In this document: in pieces, positions 23,201 to 38,200 of the stretch | Layout: every line of letters starts with the position of its first letter | Position numbering within the stretch: the first letter of the stretch is position 1 | Position numbers and translations under genes: made by a program | NCBI RefSeq assembly: GCF_964355755.1 | Contig: NC_092672.1 | Location: 26,976,437-27,040,436 of the forward strand | Length of the DNA stretch: 64,000 bases | Direction: 5' to 3' | Source of the DNA: Antedon mediterranea | Lineage: Eukaryota; Animalia; Echinodermata | Notes under the pieces: generated by a model | Told to the model about the DNA's origin: nothing | Seen by the model: the letters and a program-made list of their open reading frames with translations, nothing else | Databases searched by the model: none

Positions 23201-26200
23201 CCTACTATACTAATCAATGTTTATTTCCAATTGGTTCATATTTAATCGTTTTCCATTTGCATGTTGTCTCTTTTGTTTCTTTTGATTTGAATATAAATTA
23301 CTTTGTTGTCTGAACTTAATGAAAAGGAATAATAAATAACTAATGTTAAAAATAACAGAAAAGCACTTAAAAAGAATAATTAATTTAACTAATTCAACTC
23401 TAAAGAAAATTGTTTGCTACTATTAACCTATATTGTTATTTTCTTGTTGAGACAGACGTATGTGCAAGTCAGCCATGTCAAAATGGTGGAGCCTGTTCAT
23501 CAACTTCTACTGGATATTCCTGCAACTGCCTCGCTGATTACTCTGGAACAAATTGTGAAATCTATATTCCTGGTAAGCTGTGGTTGTTCAATCTGAGATC
23601 TGTTTAGTTAGAAATGTTTTCAACAAGATTGGATCCCAAGTAAGCCACTGGTTTTGCCAGAATCAGGGCTCAAATCTAGTAGGCCTAGTCTAGTGTTTGT
23701 ATCTGGACTAGTGATTTGAGATTTTTTTATGAATTTCCTGTATTTTAACTAAATTTACTGCAATACATGATGAGATACAGTATAATAATGTTATTGTATT
23801 TTAATTTGTGTTATTTTCTTTTTCTTAGATCCATGTCAACTTAATCCATGTCAATCTGGAGGAACTTGCTTTAGAAGCTCTGCTGGTTCTGGATATTTTT
23901 GTCAATGTGCATCAGATTATATAGGTGTAAATTGTGAAACCTACAATCCGTCAGGTAAGTTGAAATAAAATTAAACGCGCACGCACCAAAATAGGAATAA
24001 AAAGGGATTGTATACGGTACCACAGTTCAGCACACACTACATTTAAAGACATTAGGTATACTCATTGACAACTAAAGATGGTAGATGTCTCTGTTTACTG
24101 TACATTTAATTATCTAAACGACAATTAAAGATTCATTTTTCTTATGGGCGCGCTTGATTTAAATAGTATTTTGCCTGTTATTAATTATGTTAACTCCACT
24201 TTTTTTACATAATAATAATAATTGTTTTTAAAAGTTCTGATGTTGTTTATTTGTTTGTTTTGTTGCTTGCTTACTTTCTTGATGTTATTTTTATTATAAA
24301 ATGTGTTTTGATGTATTAATAAAGAATTGAATTGTAATGGTAACGGGCAATGGGAGAGTTAGTTACCAACCTGTAAATCTAGTTTTCTTTGTATATTCCA
24401 GTAATTGTATAATTGGACTACTACTATACTAATCAAATGTCAATGTTTATTTTCAATTGGTTCATATTTAATCGTTTTTCCTTTGCATGTTGTCTCTTTT
24501 GTTTCTTTTGATTTGAATATAAATTATGTTGTTGTCTGAACTTATTGAAGATGAATAATAAATAACTAATGTAAAAAATAATAGAAAATCACTTTAAAAG
24601 AATAATTACCTAATGATAATGATCATGATGATTTAATCAATTTAACTAATTCAACTCTAAAGAAAATTGTTTGTTACTATTAAAGTATATTATTATTTTC
24701 TTGTTGGGCTTGTTCAGGGCTCAAATCTAGTAGTCTAGTGTTTGTATCTGGACTAGTGATTTGAGATGTTTTTAAATGAATTTCCAGTATTTTAACTAAA
24801 TTTACTACAATACATGATGAGATACAATATAATAATGTTATTGTATTTTAATTTGTGTTATTTTCTTTTTCTTAGATCCATGTCAAATTAATCCATGTCA
24901 ATTTGGAGGAACTTGCTTTAGAAGCTCTACTGATTCTGGATATTTTTGTCAATGTGCATCAGATTATATAGGTGTAAATTGTGAAACCTACAATCCGTCA
25001 GGTAAGTTGAAATAAAATTAAACGTGCACACACCAAAATAGGATTAAAAATGGGTTGTTTACGGTACCACAGTTCAGCACACACTAATTTAAAGACATTA
25101 GGTATACTGTACTGTACATTTAATTATCTAAATGAAAATTACAGATTCATTTTCTTATGAGCGCCCTTGATTTAAATATTATTTTGCTTATTATTAATTA
25201 AAAAAAAAATAATAATAATAAAAAAAACTCCACTTTTTTTACATAATAATAATAATAATTGTTTTTAAAAGTTCTGATGTTGTTTATTTGTTTGTTGCTT
25301 ACTTTCTTGATGTTAATTTTATAAAAATTGTTTTGATGTGTTAATAAAGAATTGAATTGTAATGGTAATGGGCAATGGTAGAGTTAGTTGACAATTAACC
25401 CACCCTTTCAGTTCATTTTAAATAATTTCTCGTTTATACCATAGAGAAATTAGTTGATTACTCTTTCCTTATTGTTTATGGAATGAAAAGCGTTCAAGAT
25501 GACCAAGACACTGACCGAACGCTAGTTAGTGACTACGAGGGCATATTTCCATGCTTTTCTTCAGTCATGTTTCTTTTTCAGTCTTTTACAGCTACTGATT
25601 GTAAAGTGCTAAGTTGCCCTCTTAAGTACTATTGTTTACACAGACCACTGGATATGCAATACAAGTTGACAGATTATTAAAACCTGAGTGTCTTTGCCAT
25701 TGAATGGATAAGTGATATTTAATGGTGACATTGAATTTTTACTATTGAGCAGTTCACTTTTTTGTAAACATTGTTGACCAATCTACGTTCGAAAACCAAC
25801 CTGTCAAGCAGCACCATCTATACTGTTTTACGGCGATCCAAAATGAGAAAACTGCCTATTTTAATATCTTAGCCTCCCACCTAGTTCAACATTTATAAAG
25901 CAATTACCGTATTAAGAGCATTATTGTCCAATAATGTACTGTAATTTATTTCCATAATAACACTATTGTGTTGCATTCTATTGCTTATTGTTTTACTGTA
26001 TTTTATTGTTTTCATTTTTTAGACCCTTGTGTGCCCAATCCATGTCAAAACTCAGCAGCATGTGTTGTGTCAACTGTCGGTATTGGCTTTACTTGCACTT
26101 GTCAACTATATTATTCTGGTACTTATTGTGAATTTTACACGCCACCAGGTAAATATGTTATTATTAAAGTGTTTCTAAATAAATCAATAGTGGCTTTTAA

Positions 26201-29200
26201 GATTTGCACCATTGGTAACGATCTCTAGAACAATTACAAAGGAAGGAGAACTAGAATCACACTGTATAGTGCACAAGCAAAATTTTAAAACAACCGCTTT
26301 CGTTACTATATTATGTGCAATCATATCAAAGCCCAGCTGGCATACAAGCACCATCGTAGTTAGACCTCACCATCCTTATTTTAGAGCATTAGATCGGTTT
26401 TAGCTAGTCAGTGTAGTGGAATTAGTAGCTAATTTAAAATTAGGTTGCAAACATTGTACACGCACATCTATGGTATCTAAATGTTGGTCATTTCTATTCC
26501 TTACAAATTTGTCTCAAATATCAATTACACTGTTTTGACCAATCCCACACAATAACTGTGTACATTATTGTTTTATTTAATAATAATTCGTTTATGGTGA
26601 AAGTAATTATCAAATAATATTTGTTGGAAGGAGATGATTTTTTTCAATTGTATTGTTTTATGTTAGCTACACCGTGCTCTCCCAATCCATGTTTCAACGG
26701 AGGAGTTTGTTCCGATTCTACTGGTACATATACATGCAACTGTCCATCTAATTATAGTGGAACAAGATGTGAAATTTATACAGGTAACATTTAACAAAAG
26801 GAAAACGTATTGAAATTGTAAAAAAAAAAATGTTCTGACGGTTATGCACAAAATTACATTTTTTACCACATTAGAACCCCTCCTGTGGCCACTTCCCTAA
26901 TAAACGAACAATGGTAAGTTATATGTTATAACATTACATCCAACCCCTTGTCGGGGGGATGATAGTCAGTTAAAGAAACACTTAATAAGGAGTACCTTCA
27001 TGAGGGTTATATTATAATTGCCAAGCAGGTATATACAGTATCACTATGAACTTCCTAAACTTTAAATAATTAGTGATTTGTTTTAAAAGATCCCTCAACT
27101 TTGGAAAGACACGCCCTTTGGCGATAATTGTTTTTGACAGCTCTTGCTTCTCCTCGGTGCTCCCTTTTTATGTATAACTGAAATGAATGAATTAATAAAA
27201 CAGTTATATATTGAATCAGATCTGATTGTCAAAGTGCTATGAAATAGGCCTAATAACTAAACTATATTTGTTCCTCAGAGCCAAATCCTTGCTTGCCAAA
27301 TCCATGTGGATCCAATGGATTCTGTCAAAACTTTGTGACTTATTTTAATTGTGTGTGCCTTAACAACTACGTTGGACCAATGTGCGAAATACGTAAGTAA
27401 TGTTTGCTGTTTGTATATGATGTAAATTTATATAAAAACAAGGCCAACAGCCATTAAGTCGCGTGCTACAATGCATAGTGATACCGGACCGACAGACAAA
27501 CAGACCGACAGACAGACAGACAGACGGACCGACCGACATAGTGAACTATACTGACCGAAATTACTGAACATGTTTAAAAATGTTGAAATGTTTACAAACA
27601 TTTATATTTTTTTAATTTACACGTGCGTAGCCTGTCACTTTTGACGTGCTCGTATAACGTAATTTCGAGTTGAAAAGTAAGTCAAGAAAACAGAAATCGG
27701 GCAAGAAGAGTGCGCAATAACATTTAACGCGCAGTGCGCGCGCAAAAATCTGCGCACTCATGGCAATTTTGTAAACGCTTAAAATTGCCTGAAACGTACT
27801 CTTATTTCATCGAAAATAAATTTAGAAAATTTTAAGCGCGCTTACGCATGCGTTACATGCGCTACGCACGTAATTGTATTGCCATATGATGATTTATGCC
27901 CTGAAATTTATGAGTACCAAATTTTATTTAATTGTGATTCATGGTTGTGAAGATATGATTACAAACGTGATTTCGTTAAATCGTGCGTAGACCGCGTAAT
28001 TTTTTATTGCGCACCGTGAAAACATAACCACATCGATTCCTGGCCATAAGGAATATTCTGTGAAAAATTGACTTAGCTAGATTAAACTGATATCAAGATA
28101 AGGTCATAAAGCGATAAAACGCATAGTGATACCGGACCGACAGACAGACAGACAGACAGACCGACAGACCGACAGACAGACCGACAGACAGACCGACAGA
28201 CAGACAGACAGACAGACCGACCGACCAACATAGTGAACTATAGAGTCGCTTCCACGCGACTAAAAATCAAGAACATGTGAAGTTTGTGACTGTATACTTA
28301 AAACATTGATTTGTAGGTGTACAGTATTCACACAACAGCTTAACGAAACTATACAAATGTGCGATGTCAATTGTAAGTGGATGTGAATGACAAATAACCA
28401 ATCGTCCTGTTTTGAAAGCTCATTAATATCCGATTATCTAAATATTCTCTTTCAGCTCCTAATCCATGCTTGTCCAGCCCATGTCAAAACAATGCGGTGT
28501 GCACTAGTTATGGTACAGCTTTTGCTTGTAATTGCTCAACCACTATTGCATTCACAGGAACATACTGCGAAATTGGTAAGAAAGGAAATATCAAGCATTC
28601 TTGTAGTTAAATTTACCCCCAGTAAACGTGCACCATTGGATGCAAAAGTTATTGAACTGTCTTAAGCTCTGTCTACACTATCAAACTATTTTGACAAACA
28701 AATTGTGATGTGCACAAATATGGTAGTGATATACCCAAATGTGGTAGTGATATGACATCATCATGTCCATATATGGACATATTATAATTGTTTGTTACAG
28801 TTTGATAGTGTACATTTTCAGCATTGTATACTTTGTTAAAAAAAATCCAAACATTAATCTGGTGAAGTTTCACAGTTAATTGTATGCATAGCAGCCATAC
28901 GATACTGCTAATAAGTAAAATCAGAAAACAATTAAATTGAAAAATGTAATGATAATGAAAATCAAGTAAAATTTGAGAAAATTCACAACCAGGGCTTAAT
29001 CCAATTACAAAAGTATAAAATAAATTTAAAAAAAAGAAAAATATTTTATATAGTAGTATGCTCTATAAATAAATAAAAATAATAAATAATTGTATTTTCG
29101 AACATCTGGGAACTCCTAATAGCATTTATTCTCTTATTAATTTTGTAAATCCTGTATATGCATTTTAATATATATTTTTACTGTACTGTGTATTTTACTT

Positions 29201-32200
29201 CATGTTTAAATATTTTACTGATTTTATTCTATTTTTATATTAAGTTGCCATGAGAAAAACAAATTTCATATCTTTCGTTGACGAACTATTTGATCTTGTA
29301 TCTTGTATAAACAAGTTTCTTTTTTACTTTTTTTATAGGCTAGTAATTAATTGTCTATATTTCTTTGTTTCTTTGTAAATTTTAACTGATTTTTTTAGCC
29401 CCAAATCCTTGTAAATCAAGCCCCTGTGTCACTGGTGAATGTTATAACCGGGTCACCGAGTATGAGTGTGATTGTAGTTCATCTGGAGGATATTCTGGCG
29501 ATAGATGTGAAATTGGTAATTATAAAACTTTTCTTTTATTTACTTTTTATATAATGTTATCAGTAATTAATGTTTTTAATTCTAAATCTTCATCGCAAGA
29601 CCTACACATTTTTATTAGAGAAAGAGAATTAAGTGCTGACCAACAGGTCATGTCAATGTCCTGCCGCAGATATAAATCTTCTGCCCTTATTACATTGAGC
29701 AATTCAATATAATATAAACATGTCTTGTATTTTCAGCCCCTGATCCATGCAATGGTGTAACTTGCTTGAATGGAGGCATATGTAATCTGGGCAGTTGTGA
29801 ATGCGCCGATACTGGATATAGTGGACCAAGCTGTGAATTATGTAAGTAATACAGGATGGGTGCTGGGGCTAACAGATGAATTTAAACATTGGAAACTACA
29901 AAGAATAGGTTTGATGGTACAGTACATGGGATTAAGGTTGTCATCTGTCTACCCATGTAGTAGAAAAAGTAGGCTGAACACAGCTGAGTACTAATGCATA
30001 GTAATTGTTCTGACATTAATATTTTTGACACTTGAGAGCATCCAGGAAGAATTAGAAAAAAATTATATATAATATATGATATTCCTGCTTTTTTTCTCAC
30101 TAGATGATGCCTGATCCAAAACGAATAAAGTTTAATAATATCTCTATTTTTGTTTTTCAGTAATTGATTCATGTTTTTCTAACCCCTGTATAAATGGTGG
30201 AACTTGTAATCATTTGGATACTTACTATAGATGCACTTGTCCATCAGATTTTGAAGGCAATGTCTGTGAAAATTGTAAGTGAAGTCTTTAGATATGTGGT
30301 TTTATATAGACCTACACCATATTTAATTTGATTCCATCTCTGATTGTAGTACTTTTTAGCCATACTATATAGTTATTTCAAACCATTGCTAATTAGATTT
30401 ATTAGTCTTTATCATTTGTCAAAGTGGTTGTGTCAGTCATTTAAGCGCCGTTTGAGGCTTACTAGTGTGAGGAGAGCCTTGGTAGTTTTATACACATATA
30501 TGTCTTAATTGTAATACATATTTTTTTTAAGATGTCAATCCCTGTAATTCACTACCAGAAAAGTGTTTTAATGGAGCTACATGTGTAGATCAAGGTGGCC
30601 TACAATTTACTTGTAACTGTCCATCCGGTTACACAGGTGACGAGTGTCAGACAGGTAATTAACAATTCAAATACTTCTGTGTGAATCAGTCAATCATTGA
30701 AAATACTGTAGTAATGTTTGGTGAGCTGTGTTCTGAAAGAACCAATGTCGTAACCACGAAAAATAAAGTGGTGTGGTGATCCCAATAAAAGGGTGGGCTG
30801 TCAAAGGCCTTTGTGAAAAAGTGGTCAGGTTGAAACCTTACCAACCGTACTGGTGCGCCCTAGCGATCAGTCTCTTTACTAACAATTAAATCAAATTAAT
30901 TATTTTAATTCGATACAAAAATAATGTGATTTAATTATTAATCTAAACCAAATAGTCTTGACAATGCATCAATCAATTGTACAAACAATTGATACTAAAG
31001 TCTTAATAAATTTTCAATAATATTCAAACAATAGTCTCAATTAATTACCTAAACTAATCAATCCTAAAATAAGGTAATGTTTCAACCAATAGTACAATTT
31101 ATAGATAAGTCACAGATTATAATTAGACATTTTTGATTGTGAATTTTAGCTGTGAATCCATGTGAAAGTAACCCATGTATGAACGGCGCAACATGCCACA
31201 ATTTCATCTCCTACTATCAGTGCATATGTACAGTAGGATATGGCGGAATCAACTGCCAAGATAGTAAGTCCTATTTTTTTTCTTTTGAATATTTATTCAA
31301 ATTGCCAAAGCTATCCTAAAAAGTGGCACTCATTTCCAATACACACAAGATGTGAACCAATTTTTAAGAGTGTAGTTAAACGTATATACAAATAAAGTTT
31401 ATTAATTTCAAAATGTAATTTGTTTATAGTTTTTCAGTAAATTTCAAACAGATCAGATTTATGATAATAATGAGTGGATCTGTAGTTAGGTGGTTATACA
31501 TGCCTTCTATTCAATCCTGACCTAGTTCCAATGTTGTAACTAATGCCTTCTATTAAATCCTGACCTAGTTCCAATTTTGTAAATAATGCCTTCTATTCAA
31601 TCCTGACCTAGTTCCAATGTTGTAACTAATGCCTTCTATTCAATCGTGACCTAGTTCCAATGTTGTAACTAATGCCTTCTATTCAATCGTGACCTAGTTC
31701 CAATGTTGTAACTAATGCCTTCTATTCAATCGTGACCTAGTTCAAATGTTTTAACTAATGCCTTCTATTCAATCGTGACCTAGTTCAAATGTTGTGACTA
31801 ATGCCTTCTATTCAATCGTGACCTAGTTCAAATGTTGTAACTAATGCCTTCTATTCAATCGTGACCTAGTTCAAATGTTGTAAATAATGCCTTCTATTCA
31901 ATCGTGACCTAGTTCAAATGTTGTAACTAATGCCTTCTATTCAATCGTGACCTAGTTCAAATGTTGTAACTAATGCCTTCTATTCAATCGTGACCTAGTT
32001 CAAATGTTGTAACTAATGCCTTCTATTCAATCGAGACCTAGTTCAAATGTTGTAACTAATGCCTTCTATTCAATCGTGACCTAGTTCAAATGTTGTAACT
32101 AATGCCTTCTATTCAATCGTGACCTAGTTTCAATGTTGTAACTAATCCATAAATGACCAGTGTTCAATGTGTGAATGTCGGATGATTATCATCAACTCTG

Positions 32201-35200
32201 AATAAAAGCAGTGAGCTCTCCTTATTAACTTTATAGTATGTTTTTCATTGGTCTAGATATAAGACTCTACAGGTAGCCATAAAGTCTGCTTAGCATTTTA
32301 CTTTTATTCGCTAACTTTTTTATTTATTTTAGTGATCCTAGCATGTTTGAGTAACCCATGTCTTAATGGTGGCACATGCATTAATGAGGGTACCGACTAT
32401 AGTTGCATATGCTTAGTCTACTATCAAGGAGATCGGTGTGAAATATGTAAGTACACGTGTTGAAAAAAGCCACTTTTAATTACTATCAATATAGGGAGAG
32501 TTGAATATAAATTTATTTCAAGTATCTAATTACGGTATATTAAATACTTTGGACCACGCACAAGAAATAATTTTATATATTTTGTTCAATTTATTTAGCC
32601 TCTGAAATCAGTATTGCAGCTGCAGCAGCAAATGTTAAATGTATTATTCTTGGTTCTTAAGCTTAACTGGAGACTGAGGAAATGGACTATTTAAACACTG
32701 TTTTGCTACATAAATCCAAAATCGTTTAAAACATTTACTTTTTCATTGGCTGTTATATCCTACCTAGACGTAATTAGACGGAATGCACAGATGCTCATAG
32801 TATATACATATTAATTCTCAGGCGGGACTCAAACCTACAACCAGCAAATTTGTAACTCCAGATTTTTGTGTGCAGTTTTTCAATGCTATTTTGGGATTGA
32901 TTTTAAAATCTACAGTTGCCATGCCCAATAATAGAAAAAACCTATTAAGTTGAGCTCTCAATGGTTTTATTTTTCACAGTAAAGGATCAGTGCACATCAA
33001 ACCCATGTCAAAATGGAGCAACCTGTAATAACTACTTTACCTATTATCAGTGTGCGTGTGTTCTTGGGTACTATGGATCAAATTGTGAAATTGGTAAGTT
33101 TTGAAGACTTTCATATATACATTTCTTTTTGCAGTACTTTCTAAAAAAATTAGTATCACCTTTTAACTGAATGATGAACTTGTGAATTCTCTCCCTACTT
33201 AATATTCAAACCAAACTGATGGCCAAAAAAACCAATTTATGTCATAGCCCTAAGGTAGATAATAAAAGACAACAAGAGATATAAAAAAAGGTTTCATCCT
33301 ACAGTAGAACTAACCATTTATGCTATTTTTGATCAATCAATCAAATGACGTCATGATTAGTAAGACCAATACTTTTGTGATATTAATCTTTCTTCTATTT
33401 TGTATTTATATATAGAATTTAATGAATGCAACAGTAACCCATGTCGTAATGGTGCAACATGTGTAGATTCAGTCAATTCCTATTCATGTGACTGTTTAGG
33501 TGGATATCAGGACCCATTATGTGAAGTCAGTAAGTTATTTCAGCATACTTTATCAGACATTCCTCTGCGAGAAACGTATTGTAAATGGACCCCACACCCG
33601 CACTATGCATTTAATACTGAAAATTTATATTCTGTGTATGCTGCCATAGGTCACTGAACGACTCAACCATTATGTGCTTTCAGCTCCAAGTAAACCCAAT
33701 GCAGCCTTTCATTTACAGTATATTCCCGGTTGGTTATCCTCAATCAGTTGCATTTTTTCGGTACAAACTTGTAAATATGTTCTGATGAACTTTTCATGCA
33801 TGAGAGCGCATCTTAGACTATCTTAGATATATTGGAACAGATAAGATAAAGAAAACAAAATGAATGCCTTTTAATAGAACTTGGGAAAGTTTTAGTGCCC
33901 TGGTTGTTCAGTTTTAGGAGACCTTGTGATATTTTGATTAATTCTGGGTATCTAGTTTTCAGGGCTCCCTTTTAATGTTATTGCAAACTTACTTTTTCAT
34001 TTCACTAGCAATCAGTTCACCTTTGTATACTGTAACATTCACATCTTCAAACATAAAACTAAATTCTTTTCTCCATTTTAGATATCAATGAATGTGGAAG
34101 TGATCCATGTCGGAACGGAGGAGTCTGTTCAGATGCTATCAATAATTTTACTTGTGACTGCAAACCAGGGTATGAAGGAAAAGACTGTTCTATCGGTAAG
34201 AACCTAAACAGCAATAGATGGATGTCTATTTAATTTGCATTATAGCGGCATTGGTGTTTGCTTATGAATCCCAGTCTCTTTAGTTCTAATCTCGTCACAT
34301 TCTAAGCGCTGTACATTATCATCACCCCGGTCATTTTTGGATCAAACACGCAAGAAAACATACTCCCATAATGCAACTATATAGTAATCAGAAAAAGTGT
34401 ATTGACCTTACCAGGCCATGTGTTTGCAGTTAAATGGTGTGAAAACAAAATCAATAAATGGAAATACCCACTACAACTACTTTTCATGTTTAGTGCTATA
34501 ATTATTTCAATTTCTAATAAAACCATTTAAGAAAATCAATTCTATTAGAAGAAGCTTTGTAGAGGATCAGATTTGAGTTGAGTTAGTGGATTGAATTGTC
34601 TGCATTGATATTGAAAGTCTTTAACTATAATGTTATTAAATCCCATTATATGAGTTTTTATCATATTTCAAATTGTTTTCTCAGTTAACCTATTATTATA
34701 AGCAAGCCATGTGGTCATATTATTTCGATTTTGTATTACGCATTACCTTTTAGTTGTTTTATCCGTAGGGTCCTCATGAGACAAGGCTCGCCTTCTAATT
34801 TGTGGCCCTATCAACAGCTTATTTATTTTCTTATTTCGATTATTCAATTTATATTATAAAATAATTATCTGTTGAATAAATGTGTATGAGTTGAGTTATT
34901 GCTGTTAAAGCCGAAACCAATTTGATTATACTGTAGTAAGAATAACATTTAACCGTTTGTATATCTTGTCATCATTAAAATAGTAAATTAATTCTTGGTC
35001 ATTTCTTTCATTACAGATACAGCAGAATGTTCTAGCAACCCATGTCAGAATCAAGGAATATGTGAAGACAAGGTCAATGGTTTCTCTTGTGTTTGTGGAA
35101 TAGGATGGACTGGTACAAGCTGCTCAGAAGGTAAGTGATACAATTGCAAGAAATATAAGTTGAAAGTGTGGAGTAATTTAATGACCTTGTAGGATAAAAT

Positions 35201-38200
35201 ACAGTGATTGAGAGTGACATTTTGATTTCTTCCAGGATCTTTCTGAATTGCATGATCCCAGTACGACTAATTATGAATAATCTTTTTATGTTTTATTTTT
35301 TATAAACGGAATGAGCTAGTGTACTAACTACCGTATTTTTGTGGTCTTGAAACCTTTTTTACTCATAATAATTTGTATTTGTTTTTCTATAGACTGTCTT
35401 TCTCTGAAACAAAAGTATTACTATTTTTTTATTTATTTATTTTTATTTTAACTGGTGGCCATGACTTAAAGATTCTCTGCAATCTAATAATTGGTGCCCT
35501 ACCACACACTGCATTACTATATATATATATTAAAATGTGTGGTAAACGAATAAAAAAACAAACAAACAAAACTATAATAGAGTATTGAATGTATTTATAA
35601 AAGAATGTGTTTGAGATTTTAACCACGATTCCTGGCATTTTACAGAGGTTGGTTGCTATGGTATTGACTACACAATTCAGGATTGCAGTGCTGTCGAAGT
35701 TCATAGCAATAATTACCCAAGTCCTTACAACAATGGTGACAGCTGTTTATGGACAATTAGAACTAACAACGGTAATAACATGCGTATCTACATCAGAGAT
35801 TTCGACACAGAAGAAAATTATGACATATTGGAGTATGGTTACGGTGAGGATTCTGCCAACGGCGCTACAGCTATCCAGACATTCACTGGTGAGATTGAAC
35901 CACAGAATCTAACGACCACGTCTGATGTGATCTGGTTAAAGTTTACAACTGACCAGGGCAAGACCGACAATGGTTTCTTGATCCATATAGAGGATTCCTG
36001 CAGACCAGGTAAGATGAATTTCAATGATATATTAATTCTTTATTTATTATTTTATATTATTTATTATTATGATAAAGTAACAAATAAGGAAATGTATAGA
36101 ATGGTAAACCTGAAAAAATGGAGCCGTAAGTTAAAAAGTAGAAATATATTTAAGAAACACCAATAATACACCCGCACAGCTAGCTAGATAACACGAGAGT
36201 AAAGAGACCTGTTGAAAAATATAAACGATAAATGATAGAGGATGGTTTCACCTGAGACAACAATGGCCCCACTACAGGAATAAATGCTACAAAATAGTAA
36301 AACGTGCTATATGTCTAAAACAACCAGAAAAAAAGGTGCCAAGCTTTTGAAAACACTATTTCCTTCATCAATATATTCATGTTATATTAGTGCTTTTAAT
36401 GATCTTTCCAAATCTCAGTTCAGGATGCTTTTCTCTAACAATGCTTCACCAAGTTATAATTATACAGTATAACCTCTCGTTCGGAACATCCCTATTCAGG
36501 TTTAGGATACATACATCTACTGTAGGGCTTAGAGTATACATTTCATGTGACTTTAACTACTGAGTTTTAGGGGTTCAGCTCTGTATAAGCTGTTAAAACA
36601 AATGTTTATGAAATATGCAAATTATTATTTTTCATTTATTTTATAGTGGAGGATGCTTGTGCCAGCAATCCCTGCCAAAACCAAGGAATGTGTGAAGACC
36701 TCGAGGGGTTTTCTGGGTTTGTCTGTACTTGTCCTCCAGAGTACACAGGACGCATGTGTGAAACAAGTAAGTACAGTGTTAGAAGAAGAATGAGGGTATC
36801 TGCTTGAGAAGTTAGTTAAGCCCGTAACCAGTGCTTTTATAAATTTGGAGACCAGCAGAAAAAGTGCTAATATTGGCCTAGCTCTTGACAACTTGTTGCA
36901 AAATGCTACCAACAAATAGGAACATTTCATCTACTAGGCTAAACTATACATTAACAGTTTTTGCGAATCTGAAAGAGAACAATAATATGAAAGGTTTCAA
37001 TCAATATGTCAAGTAATATTCTACTATAGGTCTGCAACATTATGCAACAAAAAATGTGATATGCCCGTGCCTGTATGGATACAATAACATCATATCACCG
37101 CCATTTTGGTAGATCACACTTTTTTCATCAAACTAGGTTGATAGTTTAGACAGAGATTTTGCCCTGACACAATTTAAATATATAGTGTTCCTTTCCACCA
37201 ACCAATACAAAAAATGTGTTTTTATTACAGAACGAGATACACCATGTTCATCAGACCCTTGTCAAAATGGAGGTGAATGCAATGATCTTAACTATGGCAA
37301 GGCTTATTCATGTGACTGTGCTGCCAACTATGTAGGAAAGAATTGTGAAACCTGTAAGTTATCATTTTACAGTAAAAAAGAGTTGGTAATGCTTTGCTGC
37401 ACAGTGCCAAGCTTTCTTTGATGATGAACATCAACTACCTGAACATCATAATAACCTCTCCCATCCTGTCATACTCGAATCCAATCCACCCAACAACTGT
37501 CATATCCTTTTTATCTATTTGGCTCTGGGGAATTGGTTTCCGAGCAGTCCCATACTAAACACAAGGGCTCATTCACCTTTATGTAGAAGTGGTCTAATGT
37601 TTTTTTACTTTACATGTGAACTTTATTCAATCAATCGTACATTTTGGGGTGTTATAATGGTAACCATAATAACGTGTATTTACAGTGATTTTTACACAAA
37701 AATATTAATTATAAAATATATACAGTGATTATTTACAGTAATGATAATAATAAAAAATAATTGTTTATATTGACTACCGTATTACTGGAAACAGAAGTTG
37801 AATAATACAATACTGAATAAATACAAAGTTTTATTAGAGGTTTACGATCAATGGAAAAGATGAATACATATAATAATTTGTTGATACCCTATTGATAACA
37901 TTATTACCTTTCTTTTATAGTCCAACCAACGATGTCAACAAATGTTTGTCCCCAGAGCTGGTGTTTAAATGCTGGAACATGTACTTACATAGCAGAAAAC
38001 CAGTATGAGTGTTCCTGCTTGTCAAATTTTAATGGAGAAAGGTGTGAATTTGGTGAGTAAGATTCAAATCAGGATGCAGTTGTGACGGCAGTAGTAATAT
38101 TACATATGGTAATGTCAGTGGTTGTGTTTTTGAAGACCTTCCTTATCGTAATTGTTGTTGAATGTAAAACAGTTAATGTGAATCTACCTAATATTTGAAT

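Noticed and set aside
31500-32147. 43-bp repeat as CRISPR array
   Set aside because: Units are contiguous with no spacers.
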